Shown here: piece by piece, positions 7,807-17,957 of the stretch
Numbering within the stretch: the first letter of the stretch is position 1
Layout: every line of letters begins with the position of its first letter
IMG/VR virus record: IMGVR_UViG_3300005913_000002
From: a virus
Length of the DNA stretch: 64,000 bases
Strand: one strand, 5' to 3'
Program-made: the position numbers and the translations under genes
Notes under the pieces: generated by a model
What the model saw: the letters and a program-made list of their open reading frames with translations, nothing else
Databases searched by the model: none
Told to the model about the DNA's origin: nothing

Positions 7807-9367
7807 AAACTAAAATTTCTATTATCCCGTAGTCGCCTTCGAAGTCTTGAAGTGCCTTTCCTATAATTGTTAAAGGATTTACTGGCTCATTTGTATTTCG
7901 AGCAGTAGCATGTCCCGGTAATGCAGACGACACTAACGCATTACCTTTCTTAATAGTGCCGGTTACTTTACAAGGAACACGACCACGCAATGCAACAGCA
8001 ACACCGTTTACTAAACCTGAGTTCATTAAGTATGCCGGATCACTGGATACCACACCAATTACTTCTTCAGCAGCGTAATCTGTACATATAGTTACTTCTG
8101 CTCTTCCGCCAATTTTTAAAACAGTTCCTGGTTCATAGTCAGTATCTGCTAGATATTTTTCTGCTAGGTCTGCATATTTTGCCGACGTTGCAGTTGCTGT
8201 TAATGTGCCTGCACTAAAATTTCCGCTTGCATCACGAGCAACAATAGTATTAGCAGTATTAATAGTAGTAGCAGCAGCATATATACCGTTAACTTTTAAT
8301 GTGTCTGCTTGAGTTGCAGTTCCAGTTAAATTACCAACTAACGGTCCTGTTGAAGAAATGCCGGTGCAGTAAACAGTACCAGTACTGTAAATATTATTCC
8401 AAGGATAAGTAGTACTTCCAATATTAGTTAGCGCACCTACAGTTCTGCTAGGTAATATTGCTAAATCAGAATCTGCAGAAATATTAAATACATTATAACT
8501 ATTAGCACCTGAAGTTAAATTAAACCTAATGTTAGCGGTATTACTAGAAATTCTAGGAACACCACTGTCTACAAATAATCGAATTGCATTTGAGTTTATG
8601 TTTATGCCGCCTGCACTGCTAATAGTTACAGGAACATTAAAAGACGGAGTATCGTATGTTACATAATCGCTCGCTACTCTCGAAGCAAGCCTTAAAGAAT
8701 CTGCTGATGTTCCCCAAAAGATTGAATCATTTGTATCGCTAGTAGCACTAACACCGGTTGAAGGATTTGCATCACGTAATGTGATACCTTCTTTTATTTT
8801 AGTAAATCCAGGAACTAGACCAGCAGTCATTTCAAATTCATCAGACGATGTTATAGCAACCGTTGTTATAACAGTTTCGTCTGTATAATTTTGAATTTGA
8901 TGTTTTAATACATAGTGGTATGCTTCGACATTATCCTGTAATATTGCAGGAGTAACTAATGTGTTTGCTTGTTGACCACTAAATTGAGGTCCAATTAAAC
9001 TGTATGCAGATCCGTCATAATAATACAATTTTCCTTCACTATCATCATACCACAAATCGCCTTCAAATAAATCGCTAGGTTGCGAACTAGAACTTTGCAA
9101 AGCAGGAAAACTTTTAAATTCTCTGCCATTATATACTTTAAGTTTTTTTGATGCAGTATCGTACCAACTTTGTCCAGTTAGCGGCAATGTAGGTTCTGTA
9201 GTATTTGCAAAATTTTCTAAAAGTCTTACAAAGTTTTCATTAATTGCTAGACCATAGCCTGCGTAGTTTTGTCCTATAAGAGACAAATTAGTAGAATCTA
9301 CTTCAATTGACCCGTCATCGACTACTGCAATCTGCGTTCCGTTTGTTTTTGTTATAATATAAGCCAT
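7805..9367 (-). CDS. tail fibre / baseplate-attached protein with C-terminal intramolecular-chaperone-like (peptidase G2/IMC-like) domain
   Basis: Shared N-terminal 'LLENFA...GQSWYD' module; C-terminal 'ADLAEKY..YEPGTV..GG..EVT..GVVS.DPAYLMN..VALRGRVPCKV'. Confidence 0.65.
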   Translation of the reverse strand: MAYIITKTNGTQIAVVDDGSIEVDSTNLSLIGQNYAGYGLAINENFVRLLENFANTTEPTLPLTGQSWYDTASKKLKVYNGREFKSFPALQSSSSQPSDLFEGDLWYDDSEGKLYYYDGSAYSLIGPQFSGQQANTLVTPAILQDNVEAYHYVLKHQIQNYTDETVITTVAITSSDEFEMTAGLVPGFTKIKEGITLRDANPSTGVSATSDTNDSIFWGTSADSLRLASRVASDYVTYDTPSFNVPVTISSAGGININSNAIRLFVDSGVPRISSNTANIRFNLTSGANSYNVFNISADSDLAILPSRTVGALTNIGSTTYPWNNIYSTGTVYCTGISSTGPLVGNLTGTATQADTLKVNGIYAAATTINTANTIVARDASGNFSAGTLTATATSAKYADLAEKYLADTDYEPGTVLKIGGRAEVTICTDYAAEEVIGVVSSDPAYLMNSGLVNGVAVALRGRVPCKVTGTIKKGNALVSSALPGHATARNTNEPVNPLTIIGKALQDFEGDYGIIEILV

Positions 9368-9370
9368 TTA

Positions 9371-10942
9371 TTAACCTCGTAATACCATCACTTCGATGGT
9401 GCTAACTTCATGTGAATCAAAATTTTCTAACGCCTTGGCAACTAAGGAACCAGGTCTTGGAAATCCACTTACTGTAGCAACACCTGGAATATGACTTGCC
9501 GTTAGTAGATCGCCTTTTTCAATTTTTCCTATTACTTTACACGGTACTCGTCCTACAAGTGCAATAGCAACAGAATTTTCTAACCCGTCATTTAAAATTT
9601 GTGCAGGATTTGTAGTTACAATACCAGCAACTTTTGGAGTTTGTGAAACATTTGCAATAGTAACTTCTGCTGTTCCGCCAAACATTACAACAGTACCCGG
9701 TTCATATTGTTCATCAGTTGAATATTTTTCTGCAATGTCAGCGTAAGTTGCTCGCAATATGCTTCCGGATGTTAAAGACCAATCGCCTTCTATTTCGCCA
9801 GTTGTCGCAGTAGCGCCTGATGTAATAAATCGAGTTGTTAAACTTCCTACTGCTGCATCACTTGATACAAAATTTCCTGAGGATACATCAAACGAACTAC
9901 CTGGTCCTAATGCCCAGTTGCCAGTAATTGTACCGTTAGATGTAGTTCCGCCTGCGTTTAATCCAGTAGTAAACACAGTAGACCAACGGGCATTTGCTTT
10001 ACCGAGTGCAATAGAGTTATCATTTGCTGGAAAAATTTGACTCGAAGCAGTAACACTATATTGCCCTACTAAACTAATATCAGCAATGCTAGATCCAGCG
10101 TTAATTTCAGATGCATAAACTTTTGTAAATTTATTAGTCGGGCTTCCTAAAGCAGTAGATAAACCTGCAGGTAATAACGAAGTTGCATTAATAATTATAT
10201 TATAATCTGAATTATCAATTACTAAATTAGAATTTAAAATTCCAATGTTAGCATTGCCTATTCCTATTCCTGCAGAATTACTAAATGTCCACGCTCCTGT
10301 TATTGCTTCATCTAGGTCTTTGACTGCATACTCTTTTTGAGTAAACAGTCCGTATCCTGTTGCAAAATTAAATCCGGGACCTATATGAACAATCCCCACA
10401 GCATATACATCTTCAGTATTTTTAACATCAAAATCATCGCTGGATATTGCGGCCATTATATTGCCATCAGAATATAAAACAATACATGCATGTCCGACAG
10501 AATCAGTATCTAAAATTTCAACTGAAGTAAATTTAGTCGAATCATATCCAGGAACTTTTTCAGGACCAATTAAAACTTCGCCCAAGGAGCCTTTTGCAAA
10601 CAACTGTTCAGTACCAGTATCAAATCTCAACTCACCTAGAGCAGCATTAGTAGCCTGCGATGCTCCAGTACTGCTTAAAGTAATATTTCTCCACTCAAAT
10701 CCGTCATAAACTTTTGGCTGTAACCCGTTCTTATCGAACCAAATTTGACCTTGGACTTTATTTTGCGGCTCAATTGTTCCAGCAAAATGTTCTACTAACC
10801 ATAAAAAATTATCATTTTGTGTAGTACCGTAGTTAGTAACATCTTTACCAATAAGATAGATGCTCGAGGCTGCTGTGTCAACAACACCATCATCAAGTGT
10901 TGTTAGCACTGTTCCATCATATTTCCTTAGTGTATAGGGCAT
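9371..10942 (-). CDS. tail fibre protein, paralog of 7805-9367
   Basis: Same N-terminal module and same C-terminal 'ADIAEKY...IALVGRVPCKV' domain. Confidence 0.65.
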   Translation of the reverse strand: MPYTLRKYDGTVLTTLDDGVVDTAASSIYLIGKDVTNYGTTQNDNFLWLVEHFAGTIEPQNKVQGQIWFDKNGLQPKVYDGFEWRNITLSSTGASQATNAALGELRFDTGTEQLFAKGSLGEVLIGPEKVPGYDSTKFTSVEILDTDSVGHACIVLYSDGNIMAAISSDDFDVKNTEDVYAVGIVHIGPGFNFATGYGLFTQKEYAVKDLDEAITGAWTFSNSAGIGIGNANIGILNSNLVIDNSDYNIIINATSLLPAGLSTALGSPTNKFTKVYASEINAGSSIADISLVGQYSVTASSQIFPANDNSIALGKANARWSTVFTTGLNAGGTTSNGTITGNWALGPGSSFDVSSGNFVSSDAAVGSLTTRFITSGATATTGEIEGDWSLTSGSILRATYADIAEKYSTDEQYEPGTVVMFGGTAEVTIANVSQTPKVAGIVTTNPAQILNDGLENSVAIALVGRVPCKVIGKIEKGDLLTASHIPGVATVSGFPRPGSLVAKALENFDSHEVSTIEVMVLRG

Positions 10943-10953
10943 CTATTTCTCCG

Positions 10954-13119
10954 TTATGCTTGTCTAATAATCCAGGCACTAAATGTTCCTGTATTTGCAG
11001 TATCGTATGCTTCAGATACTGCAATTGAAACAGTATCTGAACCTGTCCAGGTTATTGGACCAGTCATGTAATTTAGTTGAGTATCTGTTTCTCTAGCAAC
11101 TACAACTGTTCCTGTATTAAAGTTTACTAAATCTTCTTTATTTACAGTCATTGTAATTGTTGCTGTTTGAATTGTTAATGGAGTATTAGAAGTCAAATAA
11201 ACAGAGTTTACATCTTCAATAAATGTCCAGAAACCTCCAATAACCTGGAACAACTTAACTGTTCTTTCACGAATAGGATCCGGAGTCGATACAGTTATTT
11301 GACCTGCTAATTCAAAGTCAGTAACAACTAGTTGTGTAGCAGTTGTTAACGTGCTAATATAAGATGTAGACGTTCCGTCACTAGTATATTCTAAATTCTC
11401 AACATAATTCAACAAAGTTCTTACAGTTGAAGTATTTAAATTTTCAATAATGTATGTTGCAGTTGTTGCAATATAATTCATACATAATACAGAACAGCGA
11501 CTACCGTCTGGTTGTGTATAGAAAGGATTTCCGAATCCGTCTACAGGCAATGTAACATCTAAATACGCAATAATTTCGTCATTAACGTTACCAAAATCAG
11601 TAATATCCATTGACAATGCATATGGCTTTCTAGTTACATACCCTCTTAATGCAAATTCATTGTCAACATATTGTTTGTTTGTAATGTCTGTAGGATTAGT
11701 AGGATCAGGTACATTAGTAATAATTGATGTATTTTCTAAACTAATTATTCCACTTGAAGGATTTATACTTAAATTAGTTAAAGGGCTTGCTATTGTAGTA
11801 ATTATGTTGTCATAGATTACAACGTTACTAACTGTTAAAATTGGAATAACTGGCAAGTTTGTTAGACTAGGAGCAGAAATTACACCAGTTCCTAATTCGT
11901 AGCCTCCGCCAGCATGTGGAGACAATACAGGATTGCCGTCAATCATGAAAGACTTAGATCCTTCAAGATTTAAATTAATATTACTAGTCCATGCTGAATT
12001 TGTATCGTCGTAGGTAAATGTTTTATCGCTAGCACCTTTTAAGATAATGCCGCCACCGTCTACAAATGCATCAGCAGGTGATACTTGACCTGTTCCTAAT
12101 TCAATATTAATATCTTCAACTTGTACAACACTAACTTCTAAATTAGTCTGAGCACCTAATACTGTTAAGTTGCCTCTAATTCTTAAGTTGCCGCCTATGT
12201 CAACATCATCCTGCGGATCGTTAGTAAGTATACCAATTCTATCGTTTTCAGAATTAACGTGAATTGCAACAGCGCCAGTTCCTGTGCTTACACTATTATA
12301 TCTAATTTCTAATGCTTCGCCTGCTATAGTGCTTTGTATAACACTAGTTGCAGTAGATGTTTTGTCAATATACAACGTGATGTTAGTCAATGTTCCTACA
12401 GAAATACCATCATTATTAGAAATATCTAATTCACCAGTAGTAACTTGATAAACGTCTTTTAACAAATAATCTGCAGCACTGAATCCTGCAACACGCTCTG
12501 CTTCGGTTGCGGTGCCAACAAATCTAATTCCCGGAATATCAGGATTTAAAGTGATACCCGGTCTAATTGTTGTTGTTCCAAAATAAGGAACATACGGGTT
12601 TAAATTAACACCTTTACTAGTTGCCACTGCAAGTGCAGTCCCGCCAGAATAAAATCTTGATATTGGAGTTTCTATATTGTCTTTGTCAATAACAGTTTCA
12701 ACCAACCATCCTTCTTTTCCGGTAAGATCTGAATAAGATTTGCCTGCTTCTACAAATGTAGTGCCGTTGTACCACTTTAAAATATTGTTAGTATTATCTA
12801 ACCATAGATCGCCTTTCACAACTCCGGCTGGCTCAGTACTCGAAATAATCGGACCGCCAACGGGTTTAAATGTGCCAGTCGAGTAAACTTTTAATCTTCC
12901 TTCAGATTTATCAAACCATGTTTGCCCAACTAAAGGACTTCTAGGCTCAAGAATATCAGCAAAATTTTCTAACAATCCTACAAAGTTATTGTTAATGTAC
13001 TCGCCATAGTTATTAAGATTTTTTCCTACAAGTACAATACTAGTAGATACCTGATCGTATGATTGATCAGAAATAACTGCTAGTGTTGAATCGTTAGTTA
13101 ACTTTATTGTATATGACAT
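10954..13119 (-). CDS. tail fibre / virion structural protein
   Basis: Same N-terminal module; fibre-like beta repeats 'RIGILTNDP', 'VEDINIELG', 'DITNKQYVD'. Confidence 0.65.
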   Translation of the reverse strand: MSYTIKLTNDSTLAVISDQSYDQVSTSIVLVGKNLNNYGEYINNNFVGLLENFADILEPRSPLVGQTWFDKSEGRLKVYSTGTFKPVGGPIISSTEPAGVVKGDLWLDNTNNILKWYNGTTFVEAGKSYSDLTGKEGWLVETVIDKDNIETPISRFYSGGTALAVATSKGVNLNPYVPYFGTTTIRPGITLNPDIPGIRFVGTATEAERVAGFSAADYLLKDVYQVTTGELDISNNDGISVGTLTNITLYIDKTSTATSVIQSTIAGEALEIRYNSVSTGTGAVAIHVNSENDRIGILTNDPQDDVDIGGNLRIRGNLTVLGAQTNLEVSVVQVEDINIELGTGQVSPADAFVDGGGIILKGASDKTFTYDDTNSAWTSNINLNLEGSKSFMIDGNPVLSPHAGGGYELGTGVISAPSLTNLPVIPILTVSNVVIYDNIITTIASPLTNLSINPSSGIISLENTSIITNVPDPTNPTDITNKQYVDNEFALRGYVTRKPYALSMDITDFGNVNDEIIAYLDVTLPVDGFGNPFYTQPDGSRCSVLCMNYIATTATYIIENLNTSTVRTLLNYVENLEYTSDGTSTSYISTLTTATQLVVTDFELAGQITVSTPDPIRERTVKLFQVIGGFWTFIEDVNSVYLTSNTPLTIQTATITMTVNKEDLVNFNTGTVVVARETDTQLNYMTGPITWTGSDTVSIAVSEAYDTANTGTFSAWIIRQA

Positions 13120-13124
13120 TTCTA

Positions 13125-15293
13125 TTAAACCTTAATAATGTAACTCATGGCCAAGTACGGATTCATAACTTCAGTTGTTACGCCTGTAATAGTACTACCA
13201 AAGTTAGTAACAGTAGAAATTGGATTCGGCCTGTCGTCGCCGCCCGCAACTCCTGCTGCTGCTCCTGCTGCCGGAGTTAATCCAAGATTCGGAGTAGTTG
13301 CACTCGGTACTCTTCCGGCTCCGCCTGTACTAGTTTCAAATGCGTTGGTCATATCATCGTATCCAATCACCATTCTACCTTTTAAATCAGGCAATCTAAA
13401 CTTGGTAATAATATCAGTAGCACCATATAGATATCCAATTGCGGTAAACAATCTAGGATAGTCTGTTTTATCTACGACTGATCCGTCGCAAAACAACCAG
13501 CCAGGCGGAGGGTTAATTCCTCCGTATGGTATCATAGCGCCGGGTGGTACTAGATAATCTTCTACGCTGCCAATAAGTGCTCTTTTTGTTGCTTTTGCTA
13601 ATCCCGAAATAGGAGTACCTACATAAGTAAAACTACCAGCATTGATACTTCCTAGAGAGTTTACAGCACCTGATGCCGCTAGATCAATTACAATATCATT
13701 TATTCCGTCAACTCCGCCTAAGTAAGATCCAAAAATTGTTAAACTATCATCGTCGGTGTAGTCTGTTCCTGAATTGAACACATTTACTCTAGAATAGGAA
13801 CTTGGTCCTCTATCTACAGTAAATGTTGCGCCTACTCCTGTTCCGCCTGATGCAGGAACACTTTCAAAAGTTGCAGTAGATACGCTTACTAAAATTTCAT
13901 CATCATTTTCTACAAAAGTAACTGATGGTTTAGACTCGATAACAGATTGTTGTACCGTTGTAGTGAATCTATAAGTTCCGCCCTGGCCTTTATAATTAAA
14001 ACCAGAACTTGCAATATCACCAGTCATATCCCAAGAACTTAACGAAGTTAAACTACTTGCAATGCTTGCTTGCCCAGTTAAATCTCCATTAAATGTATTA
14101 GCATACACTGTTCTAAACTTTTTGCTATTAGAGCCTATATTATATGTAGTATCTACAGCAGGATCTATCATTGTAACAAATGCAGTATCTGTAGAAGATC
14201 CTAAAATAATTCCTTTACGGAACGTAGAAGTAGATGAAAATGTTGCAGTGTTAGATAAAGTTACTGTTTTATCAAATATTGCAGTTCCTGTAATAACTAG
14301 TGCATTAGTAATTGTAAGAGATCCAGATATTAATACATCTCCATTTACATCAAGTGCAGCAGTAGGAATAGGTTTATTAATACCTACTCGTTGAGTATCG
14401 CCGTCAACTGTTAAAATTTCGTTGTAAACTTCATCTTTGAGAACTTGAAACGCAAAATTACCATTTTCAGAAGAGTTAATAAAAGTGTTTACTTTTTTTC
14501 CTACACCAATTTTTTCTAATCTAAAAGTAGGTTCAACACCAACAGTTAATCCACCCTTAAGATTTAAAGTACCGTTAATAGAATTACTAATATCATTTCT
14601 GACAAAATTATTTCCGCTAACGTACCCTACAGTCGGACTTGTTACATATATATTTTGAGTTGCATAAGCAGTTGCATTAAGTAGTGCAGAATTTACTGAA
14701 GTTAAATTTAACCCAGACTTAATAGTTGTAAATCCTTCAATTTTTAATTGGGGAGTAAAACTATCAGGACTAATAATTTCAACAACTGCATCATCAATAT
14801 AATTTTTAATAATACTGTGTACATTACCAAACGTATCTGTAATCTGTTCTGGGTAACTGCCAGTCTTTAAAGTACTTGAATAAGTAGGCCCAACTAATGT
14901 CCAATTAACACCATCTAATGTTAAAAACAGTTGTGCTTTACCTGTATCAACCCAGACATCTCCCTTAGATGCTTGATCAGGAGTAGTATCTTGCTGGTAA
15001 AGACCGTTAATAGGTTTCCAGTTTGCACCTGCAGAAGTTCCGTCATTGATTCTTAATTTTTTATTAGTAGGATCGCTGTTATCAAACCACAGTTGTCCCT
15101 CAATGGGATTAGTAGGAGGCTCGCTGTATGCAAAATTTTCTAGTAAGTGCAAAAAGTTTGTGGATAATGCCTCTGCATAATTTGAAGCATTCTTTCCAAT
15201 AAATGTTAAACTTGTCTGACCTGTGTTAAGGTCACCGTTAACAATTTCTAATGATTTTGTATTGTCACTATAATAAATTAAATAGGTACTCAT
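13125..15293 (-). CDS. short tail fibre-like protein with phage tail collar domain
   Basis: Same N-terminal module; C-terminal collar 'PPGAMIPYGGINPPPGWLFCDGS..YPRLFTAIG..YG..FRLPDLKGR' and 'MNPYLAMSYIIK'. Confidence 0.75.
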   Translation of the reverse strand: MSTYLIYYSDNTKSLEIVNGDLNTGQTSLTFIGKNASNYAEALSTNFLHLLENFAYSEPPTNPIEGQLWFDNSDPTNKKLRINDGTSAGANWKPINGLYQQDTTPDQASKGDVWVDTGKAQLFLTLDGVNWTLVGPTYSSTLKTGSYPEQITDTFGNVHSIIKNYIDDAVVEIISPDSFTPQLKIEGFTTIKSGLNLTSVNSALLNATAYATQNIYVTSPTVGYVSGNNFVRNDISNSINGTLNLKGGLTVGVEPTFRLEKIGVGKKVNTFINSSENGNFAFQVLKDEVYNEILTVDGDTQRVGINKPIPTAALDVNGDVLISGSLTITNALVITGTAIFDKTVTLSNTATFSSTSTFRKGIILGSSTDTAFVTMIDPAVDTTYNIGSNSKKFRTVYANTFNGDLTGQASIASSLTSLSSWDMTGDIASSGFNYKGQGGTYRFTTTVQQSVIESKPSVTFVENDDEILVSVSTATFESVPASGGTGVGATFTVDRGPSSYSRVNVFNSGTDYTDDDSLTIFGSYLGGVDGINDIVIDLAASGAVNSLGSINAGSFTYVGTPISGLAKATKRALIGSVEDYLVPPGAMIPYGGINPPPGWLFCDGSVVDKTDYPRLFTAIGYLYGATDIITKFRLPDLKGRMVIGYDDMTNAFETSTGGAGRVPSATTPNLGLTPAAGAAAGVAGGDDRPNPISTVTNFGSTITGVTTEVMNPYLAMSYIIKV

Positions 15294-15295
15294 TG

Positions 15296-15931
15296 TTATG
15301 CTCCTGTACCACTAATGCTCTGTACTCGCACTGTGTAGTCAATTTGAATCATTCTGTTTAATGATTTTTGTACAGGATGGAATATAACATGTGTCAATAA
15401 TATTTCGTCGCCGCTCGAATCTTGGCCGATAAGTCCTAACTCGTCAAATACATATGTACTTTCTAAATTTGAACTATTATCAAATGCCAATTGCCCGCTT
15501 GGCTCTCCAAAGTCTAATAGACAACTAACTAATAAATCTGTATAAGTTGTTCCAATTAAATGACGAGTCTCCATAAAATTTCGTGTAGGATCTAAATTAA
15601 ATCCACTATTACTATCTACTGATTTATCGTAAGTGTTATTATACAATGTAGCATTTTGTCCGGTACTGTTTGGCGTCAGGTAAGTGATAATTCCGGTAGG
15701 GTCAACACGACTTCCTCCGTTACCAAATGCCATTTTAGTTACCCAACCGTACCCTTGATTGCCTATACTGTTTACTAATGCAAGACTAAAGTTTTCGTAG
15801 TGAATTGCATTTTTCTTATCAACAAAAACTTCCTTTGTCTCTGGATCAAAGATTTTAATATGGCCTTGCACTTTTACTGCGCCAACTTCGTTCGGGTTTT
15901 CTTGAACTGGTTTATTGTTTTCTTCTTGCAT
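15296..15931 (-). CDS. baseplate/fibre-attachment virion protein
   Basis: 'YVFDELGL', 'LLTHVIFHPVQKS' resembling tail-fibre attachment domains; lies in the structural operon. Confidence 0.55.
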   Translation of the reverse strand: MQEENNKPVQENPNEVGAVKVQGHIKIFDPETKEVFVDKKNAIHYENFSLALVNSIGNQGYGWVTKMAFGNGGSRVDPTGIITYLTPNSTGQNATLYNNTYDKSVDSNSGFNLDPTRNFMETRHLIGTTYTDLLVSCLLDFGEPSGQLAFDNSSNLESTYVFDELGLIGQDSSGDEILLTHVIFHPVQKSLNRMIQIDYTVRVQSISGTGA

Positions 15932-15936
15932 GTTCG

Positions 15937-15943
15937 TACTTAT
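15937..15943 (-). promoter_or_regulatory. putative late promoter variant ATAAGTA
   Basis: TAAGTA on the minus strand, 5 nt upstream of ATG 15931. Confidence 0.4.
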
Positions 15944-15949
15944 CCATTA

Positions 15950-17956
15950 TTAAACTATAACAATTTGATTACCCATTGTTGCATGTATGGTGCATTGGTA
16001 ATACAAAGAACTTGGAGCGTTCATAGGTACAACAAATATAGTTGTACTTATTGAACTGCCAGATACACCAGAAGTATATGCTGCGCCGCCATTACTTACT
16101 CGTATTTCAAAAGGATGCGATGCTCCTGTTTCATTTACAAAATTATACGTAAATCCTTTGTACAAATATAAAATAGGATCGTCAGTATTACCCGATACAA
16201 TTCCCGGTCCATCAAATGTATATGCTGCTGTACCGTTATTGTTAATATTCCATGATATATAAACAGATCCGTCAGCACCGGACGGACCAGTTGCACCTTC
16301 AGGACCTGTTGCACCGGTACTGCCTGTAGGACCTGTTGCTCCGGTACTGCCTGTAGGACCTGTTGCACCGCCTGGATCGCCTTGCGTGCCAGTCGCACCT
16401 TCAGGACCTGTTGCTCCAATCGGGCCTTCAGGACCTGTTGCACCTTCAGGACCAGTAGCGCCTATGTCACCTATATTACCTTTTTGTCCGGTTAAATCAA
16501 ACAACCAGTTATCGTATGTGCCAGTATTAGAAATTTCTAAAGGAGCAAATAATAAATTAGTACCTGAATAATATGTTATTAAACCATATGCACTTGCTTG
16601 AATATCTCCAGGTGTACCGGCATAAGCAAACGCATAATTGCCGCCCATAAACGCTGATTGTGCTACTGCAATTTTATTTGTAGTAAATGTCAACGTGCTT
16701 AATGATAAAGTTATAGTACTTACCGAAGTAAGTCCGCTAAAACCGGCACCAGTTAGGCCGGTTGCTCCATTTGGACCTGTTGCGCCAGCAGGGCCGACAT
16801 CACCTGTTCTAGCAAATGTAATAACCATATCTGCTTGGTCGTCAAAGCGGAATGCACCATCAACAAATGCACAAGTAACTTTAAAGTATCCTGCTTCTTC
16901 GCTTAAACTAGTTATAGTAAAGATAGCAAATTCTGTAGGAGTTTGTTGTACACCTATTCTAAAATGTCCTTTTAACGGACTAGTAGAGTCATCAATTGTT
17001 CTTAAATAACTTTGAATATCAGTACCGTTAATATCGTCGTCATCAATATACAAGACAGTAGCAGAAGGTAAAGATTGATTGTTAAATTTAATTTTACCTG
17101 GTCCGGGATCATCATCAGTAGTAACAGTTAAAAATTTGTAGTTTAGTGTAATACCGCCAAAACTACCTGTTAGACCTGTTGCTCCAATTGGGCCAGTTGA
17201 ACCCGTAGCACCTTTAACGCCTTGAGGGCCAGTTGAACCATCTGTTCCCGACAATCCTTGAGGACCAGTTGCACCGGTAGCACCTCTCACACCAGCAGCA
17301 CCGGCAGGGCCAGTTGCGCCTCCTGGATCTCCAATATCGCCTTTAGCACCAGTAGCACCAGTAAGTCCGGTTGCACCTTCGGCTCCGGTGGCTCCTTGGT
17401 AACCTTGAGGACCAATTGACCCATTAGGGCCAGTTGATCCTTCTCCGCCAGTAGCGCCAGGAACACCTTGTGGTCCGGTAGCGCCGGCTGTACCAACTGC
17501 ACCAGTAGCCCCTACTACAGGACCTGCATTAATAATAGTATCGTTGTTCATAAACAACAACAAATTATCACTAAACACAGTAGCACTTGTTACGTATAAA
17601 CCAGTGGAACCTGTTGCGCCGTCGACACCGTTAGTGCCGTTAGTGCCGTCATTTCCGTTATTGCCATTAGCACCAGTTGCACCTGATGGGCCGGTTGCGC
17701 CGTCGACGCCGTTTAATCCGCTAGGGCCGGTTGCGCCAGTATCTCCGGTTGCACCAATTAGTCCAGTAGCACCAGTTGCACCTGCGCCTGTTGCGCCTGC
17801 TGGACCTGTAGGGCCCGTAGCACCTTGTGCAGATTCCTGAATTTGTTCTTTAAATTGTCCAAATGTTACTTTATATGATAATCCGTCCGACACTACCGGA
17901 AATATAGTAGTGTCTGTGACGGTTGTTAATGTTGTTAATGCTGATATTTTTGCCAT
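15950..17956 (-). CDS. collagen-like (Gly-X-Y) fibre protein with C-terminal cupredoxin-like domain
   Basis: Several GATGxx triple-helix blocks; C-terminal 'SHPF...[12 protein letters not shown]'. Confidence 0.8.
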   Translation of the reverse strand: MAKISALTTLTTVTDTTIFPVVSDGLSYKVTFGQFKEQIQESAQGATGPTGPAGATGAGATGATGLIGATGDTGATGPSGLNGVDGATGPSGATGANGNNGNDGTNGTNGVDGATGSTGLYVTSATVFSDNLLLFMNNDTIINAGPVVGATGAVGTAGATGPQGVPGATGGEGSTGPNGSIGPQGYQGATGAEGATGLTGATGAKGDIGDPGGATGPAGAAGVRGATGATGPQGLSGTDGSTGPQGVKGATGSTGPIGATGLTGSFGGITLNYKFLTVTTDDDPGPGKIKFNNQSLPSATVLYIDDDDINGTDIQSYLRTIDDSTSPLKGHFRIGVQQTPTEFAIFTITSLSEEAGYFKVTCAFVDGAFRFDDQADMVITFARTGDVGPAGATGPNGATGLTGAGFSGLTSVSTITLSLSTLTFTTNKIAVAQSAFMGGNYAFAYAGTPGDIQASAYGLITYYSGTNLLFAPLEISNTGTYDNWLFDLTGQKGNIGDIGATGPEGATGPEGPIGATGPEGATGTQGDPGGATGPTGSTGATGPTGSTGATGPEGATGPSGADGSVYISWNINNNGTAAYTFDGPGIVSGNTDDPILYLYKGFTYNFVNETGASHPFEIRVSNGGAAYTSGVSGSSISTTIFVVPMNAPSSLYYQCTIHATMGNQIVIV
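16301..16370 (-). repeat. 27-bp tandem repeats in the collagen-coding region
   Basis: aggacctgttgc(a/t)ccggtactgcctgt in about 2.6 copies (GATGPTGST). Confidence 0.8.
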
Positions 17957-17957
17957 A

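Noticed and set aside
7805-10942. Diversity-generating retroelement acting on the duplicated fibre C-termini
   Set aside because: Similarity is at protein level only, with no adenine-specific template/variable repeat pair and no reverse transcriptase in the window
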